NCBI GenBank assembly: GCA_041690395.1
Contig: JAWLHJ010000006.1
Span: 262,530-326,529, forward strand
Length of the DNA stretch: 64,000 nucleotides
Direction of reading: 5' to 3'
DNA from: Longimicrobiales bacterium
Lineage (GTDB): Bacteria > Gemmatimonadota > Gemmatimonadetes > Longimicrobiales > Gaopeijiaceae
Part shown: positions 17,688-26,384 of the stretch, in pieces
Position numbering within the stretch: the first letter of the stretch is position 1
Layout: every line of letters starts with the position of its first letter
Translations under genes and position numbers: made by a program
The notes under the pieces: model-generated
What the model saw: the letters and a program-made list of their open reading frames with translations, nothing else
What the model was told of the DNA's origin: nothing
Databases searched by the model: none

Positions 17688-20312
17688 ATGCGTTGGCTCG
17701 GGGATCTGCTGTTTCGACTGAAGGCGCTCTTCCGGCGCGAGGAGCTGGAGGGCGGGCTCGACGAAGAGATCCGCTTCCACCTCGAGATGGAGGAGCAGAA
17801 GCTCCGGGACGAGGGGATGAACGCGACCGAGGCGCATCGCATCGCGCGGGTCCGCTTCGGAGGGGAGGACCGCTACCGTGAGCGGGCGCGCGAGTCCTGG
17901 GGTGTCGGTGTGCTGACCGAGCTCGGTTCGGACGTGCGCTTCGCTACGCGTCGACTCCTCGAGCATCCGACGTTCAGCCTGCTCGCGGTACTCACACTGG
18001 CCCTCGGCATCGGTGGCACGGTCGCGCTCGCGTCGGTCGTGCAGGCGCTCATGATCCGGCCCCTTCCCGTGGCCGACGCCGAGCGCGTGGTCACGTTCTG
18101 GAGCGAGTACAACTGGCGGGGTGAGGAGTTCGACCACGTCCGCGAGATCCCGGAGTCCTTCGAGGAGATCGCCGCCTACTCGATCGATTCGTATACGCTG
18201 CGCGCCGACGCAGGGTCGTCTCTGGTTCTGGCGACCGTGGCGTCGGCGGAGCTCTTCGACGTGATGGGTGTGCGGCCGCTTCTGGGCCGAGGCTTCCGGG
18301 CCGGGGACGACCGGCCGGGAGCGGAGCGCATCGTCGTGCTGGGTCACAGCCTCTGGCGGCAGGAGTTCGGCGCCGATCCGGACGTACTCGGTCGGCGTGT
18401 GGCGCTGAGCGGCGAGCCGCACACGGTCGTCGGTGTCATGCCGGAGGGCTTCTACTTTCCGACACCGGAGACCGGCCTGTTCGTGCCGCTCGATCTCGAC
18501 CCCGCGGACCCCGCGTATGCCGGGAACGGCTGGCTCGTGCTGACGGGTCGGCTCCGCGCCGGCGCGACGGACGCCGCCGTGCAACGCGATCTCGAGCGAA
18601 TCACGACGGCGCTCGGTGCGCGGTACGACTATCCCACGGAGTGGGACAAGACGCGCGGCGCGTATGTGACGCCCCTGCGCGAGTATCTCTTCGGGGATCT
18701 CCGACCGGCGCTCCTGCTCCTCCTCGGCGCCGTCGGCGTCCTCCTTCTCATGGCGTGCGTGAACGTCGCGGCGCTGATCCTGACCAAGACGGTGGACCGC
18801 ACCCGGGAGATGTCGGTCCGCGCCGCGCTGGGTGCGGGGCGGGCCCGACTCGCACGACAGGTTCTTACGGAGTCCGTCATCCTCGGGCTCGCCGCCGGCG
18901 CGGTCGGGGTCCTGCTCGCCGTGGCCGCGTTCGATCTGCTCGTCGCCAGCCTCCCCCTCCGAGACGCGTTTCGTGAGACGGTCACGCTCGATTGGACGGC
19001 GTTGCTGACCGGCGTGCTTCTCTCCGTCGTCAGCGGCAGTCTGATCGCGCTGGCCCCCATGCGGAGTCTTCTGAGCGGCGACCTCTCGTCCTTCGGATTC
19101 GGCGACCGCAACTCGGGCCGCGGGGGCGTGCAGGCCAGCCGGATGCAGCGGACCCTGGTGTTCGCCGAAGTCCTTCTCGCCGTGGTGATGGTGACCGGAG
19201 CCGCCCTGCTCGTGCGTACGGTCGGCGAGTTACGCGCGCTCGAGCTCGGCTTCGAACCGGAGGGCCTCGTCGCCCTGGACATCCTCCTCCCGGAGGAACA
19301 GACCACGGAGGTCGAGCGAGCGGCTTATTTCACAGAGCTGTTAGTGCGGGCCGAGGCATTGCCCGGGGTGTCGGGGGCGACGCTGCTGAACCGGTTGCCG
19401 CTCGCCGACGGGGGCATGCAGGCGTCAGTCACGATTCCGGGGCACCCCGACTTGCAGGGGGCGGACCGCCCCACCGCGCTCTTCCGCCCTCTCACGCCAG
19501 GCGGATTCGAGCTCCTCGGGATGCGGCTCGTGGAAGGTCGTACGTTCGAGGCGACGGACACCCGTGACGCTCCCCCGGTGGCGGTGGTCAATGAGACGTT
19601 CGCTCGCCGCGTCTGGGGCGACGAGATCGCCATTGGGCGGACGTACCGGTCGGGGTTCGCCCTCGGAGACGTCCTCATCGTGGGCGTCGTCGCGGACATG
19701 GCGGTCACCGATCTCACGGGTGCGCCGCCCATGGTCGGCTACTATCCCTGGGACCAGGCCCTTCGGGGTGAGGCCTTCGGGATCCTGACCATCCGAGCCT
19801 CGGGGAACCCCACCGAGATCGTGCCCGCACTCCGCGGGCTGGTTCAGGAGCTCGACGGGAGGGCCGCGGTCGGTCGTGTCCAGACGATGGACAACGTGGT
19901 GGATGCCGAGATGGCGGAGCCGCTCCGGCTCCGGTTCTTCCTGGGGGTGTTCGCGGTCCTCGGGCTCGTGCTCGGCACGGTGGGCGTGTACGGCGTCGTC
20001 TCCTACTCCGTGGAGCGGCGGCGCGCCGAGTTCGGGATCAGGATGGCGCTCGGCGCCGAGCCCGCGCGCTTGATGGGCACGATCCTGAAGCAGGGGATGC
20101 TCCCCGTCGTCCTGGGTGTGGTCGGTGGAACCGCGTGCGCCCTGCTCGCCTCGGGCGTGGTGGCGCGCTTCCTGTTCGAGGTGGAACCGACCGACCCGGG
20201 GAGCCTCATGGTGGCCGCCGCTGCGCTCCTGGTGGCGGGGGGCGTCGCGGCGCTTCTGCCGGCGTTGCGAGCGAGCAGTGCGGATCCGGCTTCGGCCCTA
20301 CGCTCGGATTGA
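17688..20312 (+). CDS. ADOP family duplicated ABC permease (two MacB-periplasmic/FtsX repeats)
   Basis: Permease prefix 'LDEEIRFHLEME...ARVRFGG'; 'LTLALGIGG'; 'RTREMSVRAALGA' and 'RRAEFGIRMALGA'; no ATPase gene adjacent. Confidence 0.92.
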   Translation: MRWLGDLLFRLKALFRREELEGGLDEEIRFHLEMEEQKLRDEGMNATEAHRIARVRFGGEDRYRERARESWGVGVLTELGSDVRFATRRLLEHPTFSLLAVLTLALGIGGTVALASVVQALMIRPLPVADAERVVTFWSEYNWRGEEFDHVREIPESFEEIAAYSIDSYTLRADAGSSLVLATVASAELFDVMGVRPLLGRGFRAGDDRPGAERIVVLGHSLWRQEFGADPDVLGRRVALSGEPHTVVGVMPEGFYFPTPETGLFVPLDLDPADPAYAGNGWLVLTGRLRAGATDAAVQRDLERITTALGARYDYPTEWDKTRGAYVTPLREYLFGDLRPALLLLLGAVGVLLLMACVNVAALILTKTVDRTREMSVRAALGAGRARLARQVLTESVILGLAAGAVGVLLAVAAFDLLVASLPLRDAFRETVTLDWTALLTGVLLSVVSGSLIALAPMRSLLSGDLSSFGFGDRNSGRGGVQASRMQRTLVFAEVLLAVVMVTGAALLVRTVGELRALELGFEPEGLVALDILLPEEQTTEVERAAYFTELLVRAEALPGVSGATLLNRLPLADGGMQASVTIPGHPDLQGADRPTALFRPLTPGGFELLGMRLVEGRTFEATDTRDAPPVAVVNETFARRVWGDEIAIGRTYRSGFALGDVLIVGVVADMAVTDLTGAPPMVGYYPWDQALRGEAFGILTIRASGNPTEIVPALRGLVQELDGRAAVGRVQTMDNVVDAEMAEPLRLRFFLGVFAVLGLVLGTVGVYGVVSYSVERRRAEFGIRMALGAEPARLMGTILKQGMLPVVLGVVGGTACALLASGVVARFLFEVEPTDPGSLMVAAAALLVAGGVAALLPALRASSADPASALRSD

Positions 20313-20379
20313 GCGGGCTGGACACGCGACGGTGACCGAAGTTCCTTAGGACATCGTCGTCGAACCCCCCGGGACGCAC

Positions 20380-20556
20380 ATGGACCGCATCGCCGAATTC
20401 CTCATCGCGAACCCGATCGTCCTCTTCCCGATACTGCTCGTGGTCGCGATGATCGCGTTCGCGCTCCTCAAGAAGCTCCTGAAGATGGCGGCGGTCCTCG
20501 CCATCGCGGGTGTGCTCTACGCCCTTCTCGTCGAGTACTTCGGGCCGGGTTTCTGA
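20380..20556 (+). CDS. Small two-helix membrane protein (58 aa), not in the ORF track
   Basis: Manual translation MDRIAEFLIANPIVLFPILLVVAMIAFALLKKLLKMAAVLAIAGVLYALLVEYFGPGF*; GC3-rich codons, fills the gap exactly. Confidence 0.75.
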   Translation: MDRIAEFLIANPIVLFPILLVVAMIAFALLKKLLKMAAVLAIAGVLYALLVEYFGPGF

Positions 20557-20557
20557 C

Positions 20558-21409
20558 TCAGAACGCGATGCGCCGCGTGATGTTGAAGCCGATGCGCCAC
20601 TCGTCGGGCGTGAACTCGACGGCGCTGCCGCCGAGTAGCTGGGACGGGTTCATTCGTACCTGATTGGTGAGCAGCAGCTTGAAGAAGTGACCGCGCGTAC
20701 GGATCTCGAGGCCCAGGGCGCCGCTGTCGAACGCCCGCCCCTGCCGCTCCTCCGACACGATCCACTCCGCGATGAATCCGAGGTTGTCGGTCGCCGCCAC
20801 CCGCCCGTGCAGGCCGAGCACGAAAGCGTCGTCGGCCTCGAGATCGCGGATGCGCGGGTTGCGCAGGTAGGTCGGCACGATGCCGACGGACACCCTCTCG
20901 CCCAGCCCCACGTCGAGCACACCCTGAAGGTAGGCCTGCCTCTCGTTTTCGGTCCGGCCGTCGGTCACCCCCTGCGTCGACGCCGTGTTCCAGGCGACCG
21001 CGCCCGTGACACCGAACGCGACCGGAACGCCTTCCGACCCACCTTCGACGAGGCGCGCGCTCCCCCACAGCTCCACGTTGTCGGCCAGGTTGCTCCGCCT
21101 GACGCCGAGGAGGGCCGCGTCGGTCACGGCGTAGGCGAGCCCGAGCCGATTGATCACGGGTCCGTCGAGCCCCCAGAACGCCTCGCTTCCGTCGGAGATG
21201 GCCGGTGTGAACCGGTGCGAGATCTCGAACAGGAGATCTCCCCGGGGCAGCGTCGCCGTGGTGGGCAGGTTGGCGGCGTGCGACGAATGGAAGATCTGTG
21301 CGGCGAGCGGATGAGGCCCGAGAGGGCCGGCCTCGGAGAGGGCGGTCGCGACCGACAGAACGGCGGCCGTGACCAGCAAGCGGAACGGGGCGAACGGCGG
21401 AGCGGCCAT
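20558..21409 (-). CDS. DUF5777-like outer-membrane beta-barrel protein
   Basis: SD GGAGG before ATG 21409; signal peptide; 'FEISHRF', 'FWGLDG', 'TRGHFFKL..TN', 'IGFNITR..F'. Confidence 0.8.
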   Translation of the reverse strand: MAAPPFAPFRLLVTAAVLSVATALSEAGPLGPHPLAAQIFHSSHAANLPTTATLPRGDLLFEISHRFTPAISDGSEAFWGLDGPVINRLGLAYAVTDAALLGVRRSNLADNVELWGSARLVEGGSEGVPVAFGVTGAVAWNTASTQGVTDGRTENERQAYLQGVLDVGLGERVSVGIVPTYLRNPRIRDLEADDAFVLGLHGRVAATDNLGFIAEWIVSEERQGRAFDSGALGLEIRTRGHFFKLLLTNQVRMNPSQLLGGSAVEFTPDEWRIGFNITRRIAF

Positions 21410-21510
21410 GATTCCTCCGGGATCGGGCACGATGATTTCGTCCCACCTAAATTCGTGACCTCCGGGGTGTCGCGCCAGGGTGGTGGCGCGCTGCCTTCAG
21501 CGGGGTTGCG

Positions 21511-22371
21511 CTACCGCCAGTCCTCGGCGTAATCCGCCGCGAAGGCCTCGAAGGTGCCGGCCGGCCTCCCGAGGACACGGGACACGTCGCCCGTGACCTC
21601 CGCCCTGACGCCGGCCCTGACCGACTGGTAGAGCGCGATGACCACGCCGGCGATCTGAGGCGACCAGCCGGCGCCGACGAGCCAACCGAGCATCTCCTGG
21701 TCCGTGCAACTCTCGAACCGGATCTCGCGCCCGGTGGCCTTCGAGATGGCCGCGGCCATCTCCGCGTGGGAGAGGGCGGCGGGACCCGTGAGCGTATACG
21801 CCTTCCCGACGTGGTCCCGTCCGGTGAGCGCGACAGCCGCCACGGCCGCCACGTCGCGGCCGTCGACCATGCTCACCGCCGCGTCGCCGACCGGCATCGC
21901 GAAGCGTCCCGTGCGCCGGATGCGCTCGCCCAGGAAGTCACGCCGGAAGTTCTGCATGAGCAGGTTGGGGCGCAGGAACGTGTAGTCCACGCCGAGCGAG
22001 GCGAGGTGCTTCTCGAGTCGCCTGATGGGGAGGTCTCCACGGACCTCCATCCCCATGGCAGAAAGCGTCACGACGTGCTCCGCGCCGGCCTGCACCGCCC
22101 AGTCCAGCAGAGGGGCCAACGTCTCGTACGCGTCCGGATCGAACGGCGGAGGCTGGAGGAAGACCCGGTCGGCCCACTCGACGGCGGCGTCGAAGGTCGC
22201 GGGCTGACGGTAGTCCAACTCGACGACCTCGACGGAGTCGTCGAAGAGGCCACGCGCTCGGTCGGGGCTGCGAGTGCCGGCCTTGACCTCCACGCCGTCA
22301 CGCACGAGCAGGCCGACGAGTTCTGATCCGACGATGCCGGTGGCACCGGTCACGAGAATGCGGTCGCTCAT
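21511..22371 (-). CDS. NmrA-like/atypical SDR NAD(P)-binding oxidoreductase
   Basis: 'ILVTGATGIVG', 'YTFLRPN..MQN', 'VDGRDVAAVA', 'YTLTGP'. Confidence 0.9.
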   Translation of the reverse strand: MSDRILVTGATGIVGSELVGLLVRDGVEVKAGTRSPDRARGLFDDSVEVVELDYRQPATFDAAVEWADRVFLQPPPFDPDAYETLAPLLDWAVQAGAEHVVTLSAMGMEVRGDLPIRRLEKHLASLGVDYTFLRPNLLMQNFRRDFLGERIRRTGRFAMPVGDAAVSMVDGRDVAAVAAVALTGRDHVGKAYTLTGPAALSHAEMAAAISKATGREIRFESCTDQEMLGWLVGAGWSPQIAGVVIALYQSVRAGVRAEVTGDVSRVLGRPAGTFEAFAADYAEDWR

Positions 22372-22451
22372 GTCACGACGATAGCGGACCCATCGCCACG
22401 AGGGCAACGCGTAAGGCGGCACCTCGACGACCGGGTCGCGGCGTCGAGCGC

Positions 22452-22874
22452 CTAAGGCGCGTCTCCGTCGGGGACGAAGCGATAACACCACGCGGCGCCC
22501 TCCAGCACGACCTCGCCGTCCGCCCGCGTGACCCGAACCGCAAGCTCGCAGACGGGTTTGCGCTCATGGACCGAGCGGACCTCGGCGGTCGCCTCGATGG
22601 TGTCTCCGATGAAAACGGGAGCGGTGAACTTCCAGTCCTGGCTGAGGAACACCGTGCCCGGTCCCGGCATATCCTCGGCGACCAGAGCATGCAACAGCCC
22701 CGTCGTGATCCCGCCCTGTGCCGTCAGCCGTCCGAACGGCGTGCCGGCGGCGAACGCCTCGTCGAAATGGAGCGGATTCCGGTCACCGGTGATCTCGGCG
22801 TACTGGTTCACGTGGTCCCGGGTGACCGTCATGGTGCGCGACGCGGTGCGCCCCGGCTCGAGGTCGAGATTCAC
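22452..22874 (-). CDS. MaoC family (R)-hydratase/dehydratase
   Basis: GTG 22874 with SD AAGGAGG; 'YAEITGDRNPLHFD..FA', 'PGPGTVFLSQ..KF.APVFIGDT'. Confidence 0.9.
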   Translation of the reverse strand: MNLDLEPGRTASRTMTVTRDHVNQYAEITGDRNPLHFDEAFAAGTPFGRLTAQGGITTGLLHALVAEDMPGPGTVFLSQDWKFTAPVFIGDTIEATAEVRSVHERKPVCELAVRVTRADGEVVLEGAAWCYRFVPDGDAP

Positions 22875-22893
22875 GTTGCCTCCTCCTTGTCTG

Positions 22894-23280
22894 TCAGCGG
22901 TACTCCGCGAGTTCCTCGCCTTCCACACTGTCGAGATCGAACAGGCGATAGTCGCAGGTCAGCTCCTCCCCGGCTTCTATGTCGCGCTTGGCCAGCGTGC
23001 AGGGACCGTCCACGTCATCGCAGTTCGGCTCGAAGGAGTGGTTCATGAATTTGCCGTTGTCCCCGCACAGGACGTAGTAGCCGCCCGGCTCACGGTAGAC
23101 GTACCGGAGCAGCCATCCGCGGTAGGGCTCGGGGAAGAGAGCGAAGTCGTCCACGGGAATCCTCCAGTCGACCCCCGGAGTGAACTCCCAGATCACCGTT
23201 CCGGCCGAGATGGGGCGGGTGGCGAAGAGACCGACGCCCTCGATGGCGCTCGGTTTGACGACGGTGGGCACGCGCAGCAT
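22894..23280 (-). CDS. SET domain protein (putative lysine methyltransferase)
   Basis: 'S.IEGVGLFA', 'FMNHS.EPNC', 'A.RDI.AGEELTCDY'. Confidence 0.9.
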   Translation of the reverse strand: MLRVPTVVKPSAIEGVGLFATRPISAGTVIWEFTPGVDWRIPVDDFALFPEPYRGWLLRYVYREPGGYYVLCGDNGKFMNHSFEPNCDDVDGPCTLAKRDIEAGEELTCDYRLFDLDSVEGEELAEYR

Positions 23281-23472
23281 GCCTGGTCACGACTCGAGGC
23301 CTCACGACTCCCCCAGCGGATGAAGCCTCTCCGAGTGTCCTTCCATTCGCCGCCGCGACCTCGCTGGGAAGGCGCGCGACCCACCGTCCATCCGGACGAT
23401 GCGTGATAGCTAGCGAAGCGCCCGATCGATTTCAATAGCCCCGTGAGCCCGGCCCCCGGGCACCTATCGGGC

Positions 23473-24507
23473 TCACCACCGCAAGCCCGCGACGAAGGTG
23501 CGGATACGATCCAGAACGAGATCCGTGGTCTCCGGTGAGAGCGCGTCGCCGGCCGGCACATGCCGGTCCGGATCGCCGGGATTCTCGACCCGGAAAAGAG
23601 ACTTCACCTCGGACCCCAAACGCTCGAAGGCGCGCGCCGTCTCCGTTGCGTCCACGATTCCGTCGTCCGGGACGTAGATCACGAGCGTGGGCGTGCGGAT
23701 CTTCTCCAGCGGCGACGTCCGGACGTGCTCCGTCAGCGCCATCATCGGGAGGAGTGCTTCCGTCGCGTAGCACGACGTCCAGTACCGCGCATGCAGCTCG
23801 TTGTGCGTGGGAAAACAACGTTCGTCTCCCACCACGAGGCGCGCGAGGACACCGCCCCAGGGCCAGAGCAGAAGGCGTGACATCCGGTCCCGTGGATGGA
23901 AGTTCGGCGAGAGGAGGACGAGGGCCGCCACGTCGCTCGCGAGCTCCGGGCGAGAGACCGCCCACGTCGCGAGCGTGCCCCCCGTCGACGTCCCCACCAG
24001 GAGCACACGGTCTCCTATGGCCCGCCCGATCGCCACGGCCTCGGCCATGTCGCGGAGCCAAGCAGACGTGGTCGCCTCGGCCATCGCGTCACCGTCACGC
24101 CCGTGACCGGTCAGCCGGGTGAAGTAGACGTTCGCGCCGAGCTCCCGCCCGAGCCGCGTCACCAGCGGCTCCACCTCGTGCCGGTCGGCGCTGAAGCCGT
24201 GCACGTACACGACGGCCAGCGGTGTAGGAGCGCGGGTCGCCGGGTCCAACCAGGTCACCTGCCTCTCGGCGCCGGGCCGGATATCCGGAACGGTCGCTTC
24301 CACACCCCGGAGGTAGGTATCCACGTCGCCTTGGACAACCGGCACCTCGTGAAGCTCACCCATCTCGACGCGCGGACCGAGGAGGAGCAGGGCCACCAGA
24401 CCGGCGCCCAGCACCCACCATGCCCGCCGTCCGCGGAGCCCTCCGAGCGCGTAGCGCACGGGCGACGCACGCGAGCGACTGGCAGGAACCGGCTCGGAAC
24501 CCGACAT
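23473..24507 (-). CDS. Membrane-anchored alpha/beta hydrolase (esterase/lysophospholipase-like)
   Basis: N-terminal TM; 'VYVHGFS', 'RLTGHG', nucleophile elbow 'GTSTGG', Asp 'DDGIV', His 'RHV'. Confidence 0.85.
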   Translation of the reverse strand: MSGSEPVPASRSRASPVRYALGGLRGRRAWWVLGAGLVALLLLGPRVEMGELHEVPVVQGDVDTYLRGVEATVPDIRPGAERQVTWLDPATRAPTPLAVVYVHGFSADRHEVEPLVTRLGRELGANVYFTRLTGHGRDGDAMAEATTSAWLRDMAEAVAIGRAIGDRVLLVGTSTGGTLATWAVSRPELASDVAALVLLSPNFHPRDRMSRLLLWPWGGVLARLVVGDERCFPTHNELHARYWTSCYATEALLPMMALTEHVRTSPLEKIRTPTLVIYVPDDGIVDATETARAFERLGSEVKSLFRVENPGDPDRHVPAGDALSPETTDLVLDRIRTFVAGLRW

Positions 24508-24540
24508 TGGATCGACCCTCGACAGGAGCGTACCCCAGGA

Positions 24541-25032
24541 ATGTCTCGTGAAGGATACACGCTAGGCCGCGAGGATGTGCTCGGCCACCCGGCCCTCACG
24601 GACCCGGATACCGGGCTCGCCAACCGCCTCCACTTCGAGCTGGTCTACCGCTACATGTTCCAGGCGGGTGACCGGGGCATGGCGTTCACCATCATGCTGG
24701 TCGCCGTGGGCGGCGGGCGCCCGCTCGACATCGATGCCGAGGGACTCCGCCGCATGGGCGATACCCTCCAATCCACGACTCGGCTTTCCGATCTGGTCGC
24801 CCACGTCGGCGGGCCGCGGTTCGCCGTTCTATTGCTCGGAACGAACCTCCCCGGAGCCCGCATCGCCGCGGACCGCATCGAGTCGGCCCTGCGTGAGACG
24901 ACGGCCGAGCCGATCTCCATCGGCATCGCGACCTTCGACCCGCGCATGAAGCACCATCGGGAGCTACTGGACGCCGCGGAGGCGGCCCTGGAAAAGGCAC
25001 GGCGAGCCGGCGGGGGCGTCGAGATGGGGTGA
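24541..25032 (+). CDS. Stand-alone degenerate GGDEF-domain protein
   Basis: SD AGGAG; 'LTDPDTGLANR', 'RLSDLVAHVGGPRFAVLL', 'SIGIA', 'LLDAAE.AL..AR..GG'. Confidence 0.8.
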   Translation: MSREGYTLGREDVLGHPALTDPDTGLANRLHFELVYRYMFQAGDRGMAFTIMLVAVGGGRPLDIDAEGLRRMGDTLQSTTRLSDLVAHVGGPRFAVLLLGTNLPGARIAADRIESALRETTAEPISIGIATFDPRMKHHRELLDAAEAALEKARRAGGGVEMG

Positions 25033-25640
25033 TGGAGGGGTCCCCCGACTTCCATACCCTCGTCCGCAGGACCGAAGGAGCGCAGCCCTGGCGTCGAGCC
25101 TTCCATGCGGCCAACGGCGTCGTGCTCGCGATCGTGCTGTCGTGGTGGCCCTTCGCTCCGGACACTGCGTGGATCGCGGCGTGGGCGGTGGCCGTGGCAC
25201 TCCTCATCGGAGACCTGATCCGGCTCCGGGTTCCGAAGGCCAACGAGCTCTTCTTCCGACTGTTCCGGAGCCTCGCCTCTCCGAGAGAAGCGGATGGGCT
25301 CGCATCCTCCACGTGGTACGCCGTCGGCATCGCCGTGGCCGTCACCTTCACGCCGGCACCCGTCGCCGTATCGGGGATCCTGGTCCTCGCCTTCTCGGAC
25401 CCGGCCGCGAGCTACTTCGGGCGGCGTTGGGGTCGGAGGCCCTTCCTCGGCGGCTCGGTGGAAGGGAGCATGCTCTTCCTACTGGTCACCGTCGCCGTGT
25501 TGGCCCCTCGTCATGGGTGGGCGGTCGCGTTGGCCGTAGCCCTTCCCGTGACGCTGCTCGAGCGGCGCTCCTGGCCCCTCGACGACAACTTCACCGTTCC
25601 GGTGGCGACCGCCGCGATCGTGGGCCTGCTCACTGCCTGA
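25032..25640 (+). CDS. CTP-dependent polyprenol/diacylglycerol kinase family membrane protein (dolichol/phytol-kinase-like)
   Basis: TGATG coupling; 'RRAFH', 'LAFSDPAAS.FGRRWG', 'SVEGS', 'LDDNFTVP'. Confidence 0.8.
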   Translation: MEGSPDFHTLVRRTEGAQPWRRAFHAANGVVLAIVLSWWPFAPDTAWIAAWAVAVALLIGDLIRLRVPKANELFFRLFRSLASPREADGLASSTWYAVGIAVAVTFTPAPVAVSGILVLAFSDPAASYFGRRWGRRPFLGGSVEGSMLFLLVTVAVLAPRHGWAVALAVALPVTLLERRSWPLDDNFTVPVATAAIVGLLTA

Positions 25641-25658
25641 CGCCTCGCTGGAGGGGCC

Positions 25659-26015
25659 TCAGCACTCCACCAGTTCGATGGTATCGGGCTGGTTCGGCAC
25701 GACGCACAGGAATTCGAAGCCCTCGTCCCCGGCGGCGTAGTTGTGCGGCACGCCACCGGGAATGTAGACGACGTCGCCGGCCTTCACGTCGTGGACGGCG
25801 TCACCGATCTGGACGCGTGCGCTCCCACGTAGCACGTACTGCTCGTGCTCGACCGAGTTGGTGTGCATCGGCATGCCACCACCGGGCTCCATGATGAAGC
25901 GCCGCATCGCGAAGTTCGGGCCCTCATCCGGTCCGATGAGGACCTGGCGCGTGGTTCCGGTGCCGGCTTTGACCTCTTCGGCGGGCAAGCTGTCCGCGTG
26001 ACGTACGGAAGACAT
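25659..26015 (-). CDS. Cupin domain protein
   Basis: SD AGGAG before ATG 26015; 'GPNFAMRRF', 'HTNSVEHEQYVL.G', 'GDVVYIP.GVPH'. Confidence 0.9.
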   Translation of the reverse strand: MSSVRHADSLPAEEVKAGTGTTRQVLIGPDEGPNFAMRRFIMEPGGGMPMHTNSVEHEQYVLRGSARVQIGDAVHDVKAGDVVYIPGGVPHNYAAGDEGFEFLCVVPNQPDTIELVEC

Positions 26016-26106
26016 TCCGATCTCCTGGTGCTTGGGTGATTGCAGAAGTGGAGCGGAATCCGACCCTCTCCGCAAGATCGCGCGCTCGCCGCGTCGGACC
26101 AGGCCC

Positions 26107-26146
26107 AAACGAAAACGGCCCGGCGAAACCGAAGTTCCACCGGACC
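26107..26146 (-). terminator. Intrinsic terminator closing the candidate RNA, upstream of the cupin gene
   Basis: Minus strand GGTCCGGTGGAAC-TTCG-GTTTCGCCGGGCC then GTTTTCGTTT; cUUCGg tetraloop; G-U pairs work only on the minus strand. Confidence 0.7.
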
Positions 26147-26302
26147 TCTGCGAGACGCCCGTGACCCTCCCGCCAACAGACGTCCGCATTCCTTTCGCGG
26201 CTCCGCCGGCAACCCCTGCCCAGAGCTCCCGGCGGAGCCCGGGAGGCTTCGGCCGACGACCATCGAACTCGGTCGCTCTCTCGGCGCTCGCCTCCCAATC
26301 CT
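26107..26302 (-). ncRNA. Candidate structured non-coding RNA or attenuator leader (about 195 nt)
   Basis: Promoter-like CTGATA-17bp-TATCCT upstream, several stems inside, terminator at the 3' end, no credible ORF. Confidence 0.45.
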
Positions 26303-26307
26303 GACGA

Positions 26308-26336
26308 AGGATAGCCCGGGCGCAGGGATGTATCAG
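26308..26336 (-). promoter_or_regulatory. Candidate sigma70-like promoter
   Basis: -35 CTGATA (26336-26331), 17-bp spacer, -10 TATCCT (26313-26308). Confidence 0.45.
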
Positions 26337-26353
26337 TCGGGTAAGACTCCAGA

Positions 26354-26380
26354 TGCGTGTAGGGAAATCCCCCACACGCA
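26354..26380 (-). terminator. Hairpin just after the stop of 26385-26795 (terminator or operator)
   Basis: TGCGTGTGGGG-GATTT-CCCTACACGCA on the minus strand; no U-tract. Confidence 0.35.
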
Positions 26381-26384
26381 CGCC

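Noticed and set aside
26240..26285. Glycine-riboswitch-like GAGAG...GCCGAAG on the minus strand
   Set aside because: The downstream CTCTCAGG element is missing and the adjacent gene is not glycine-related.
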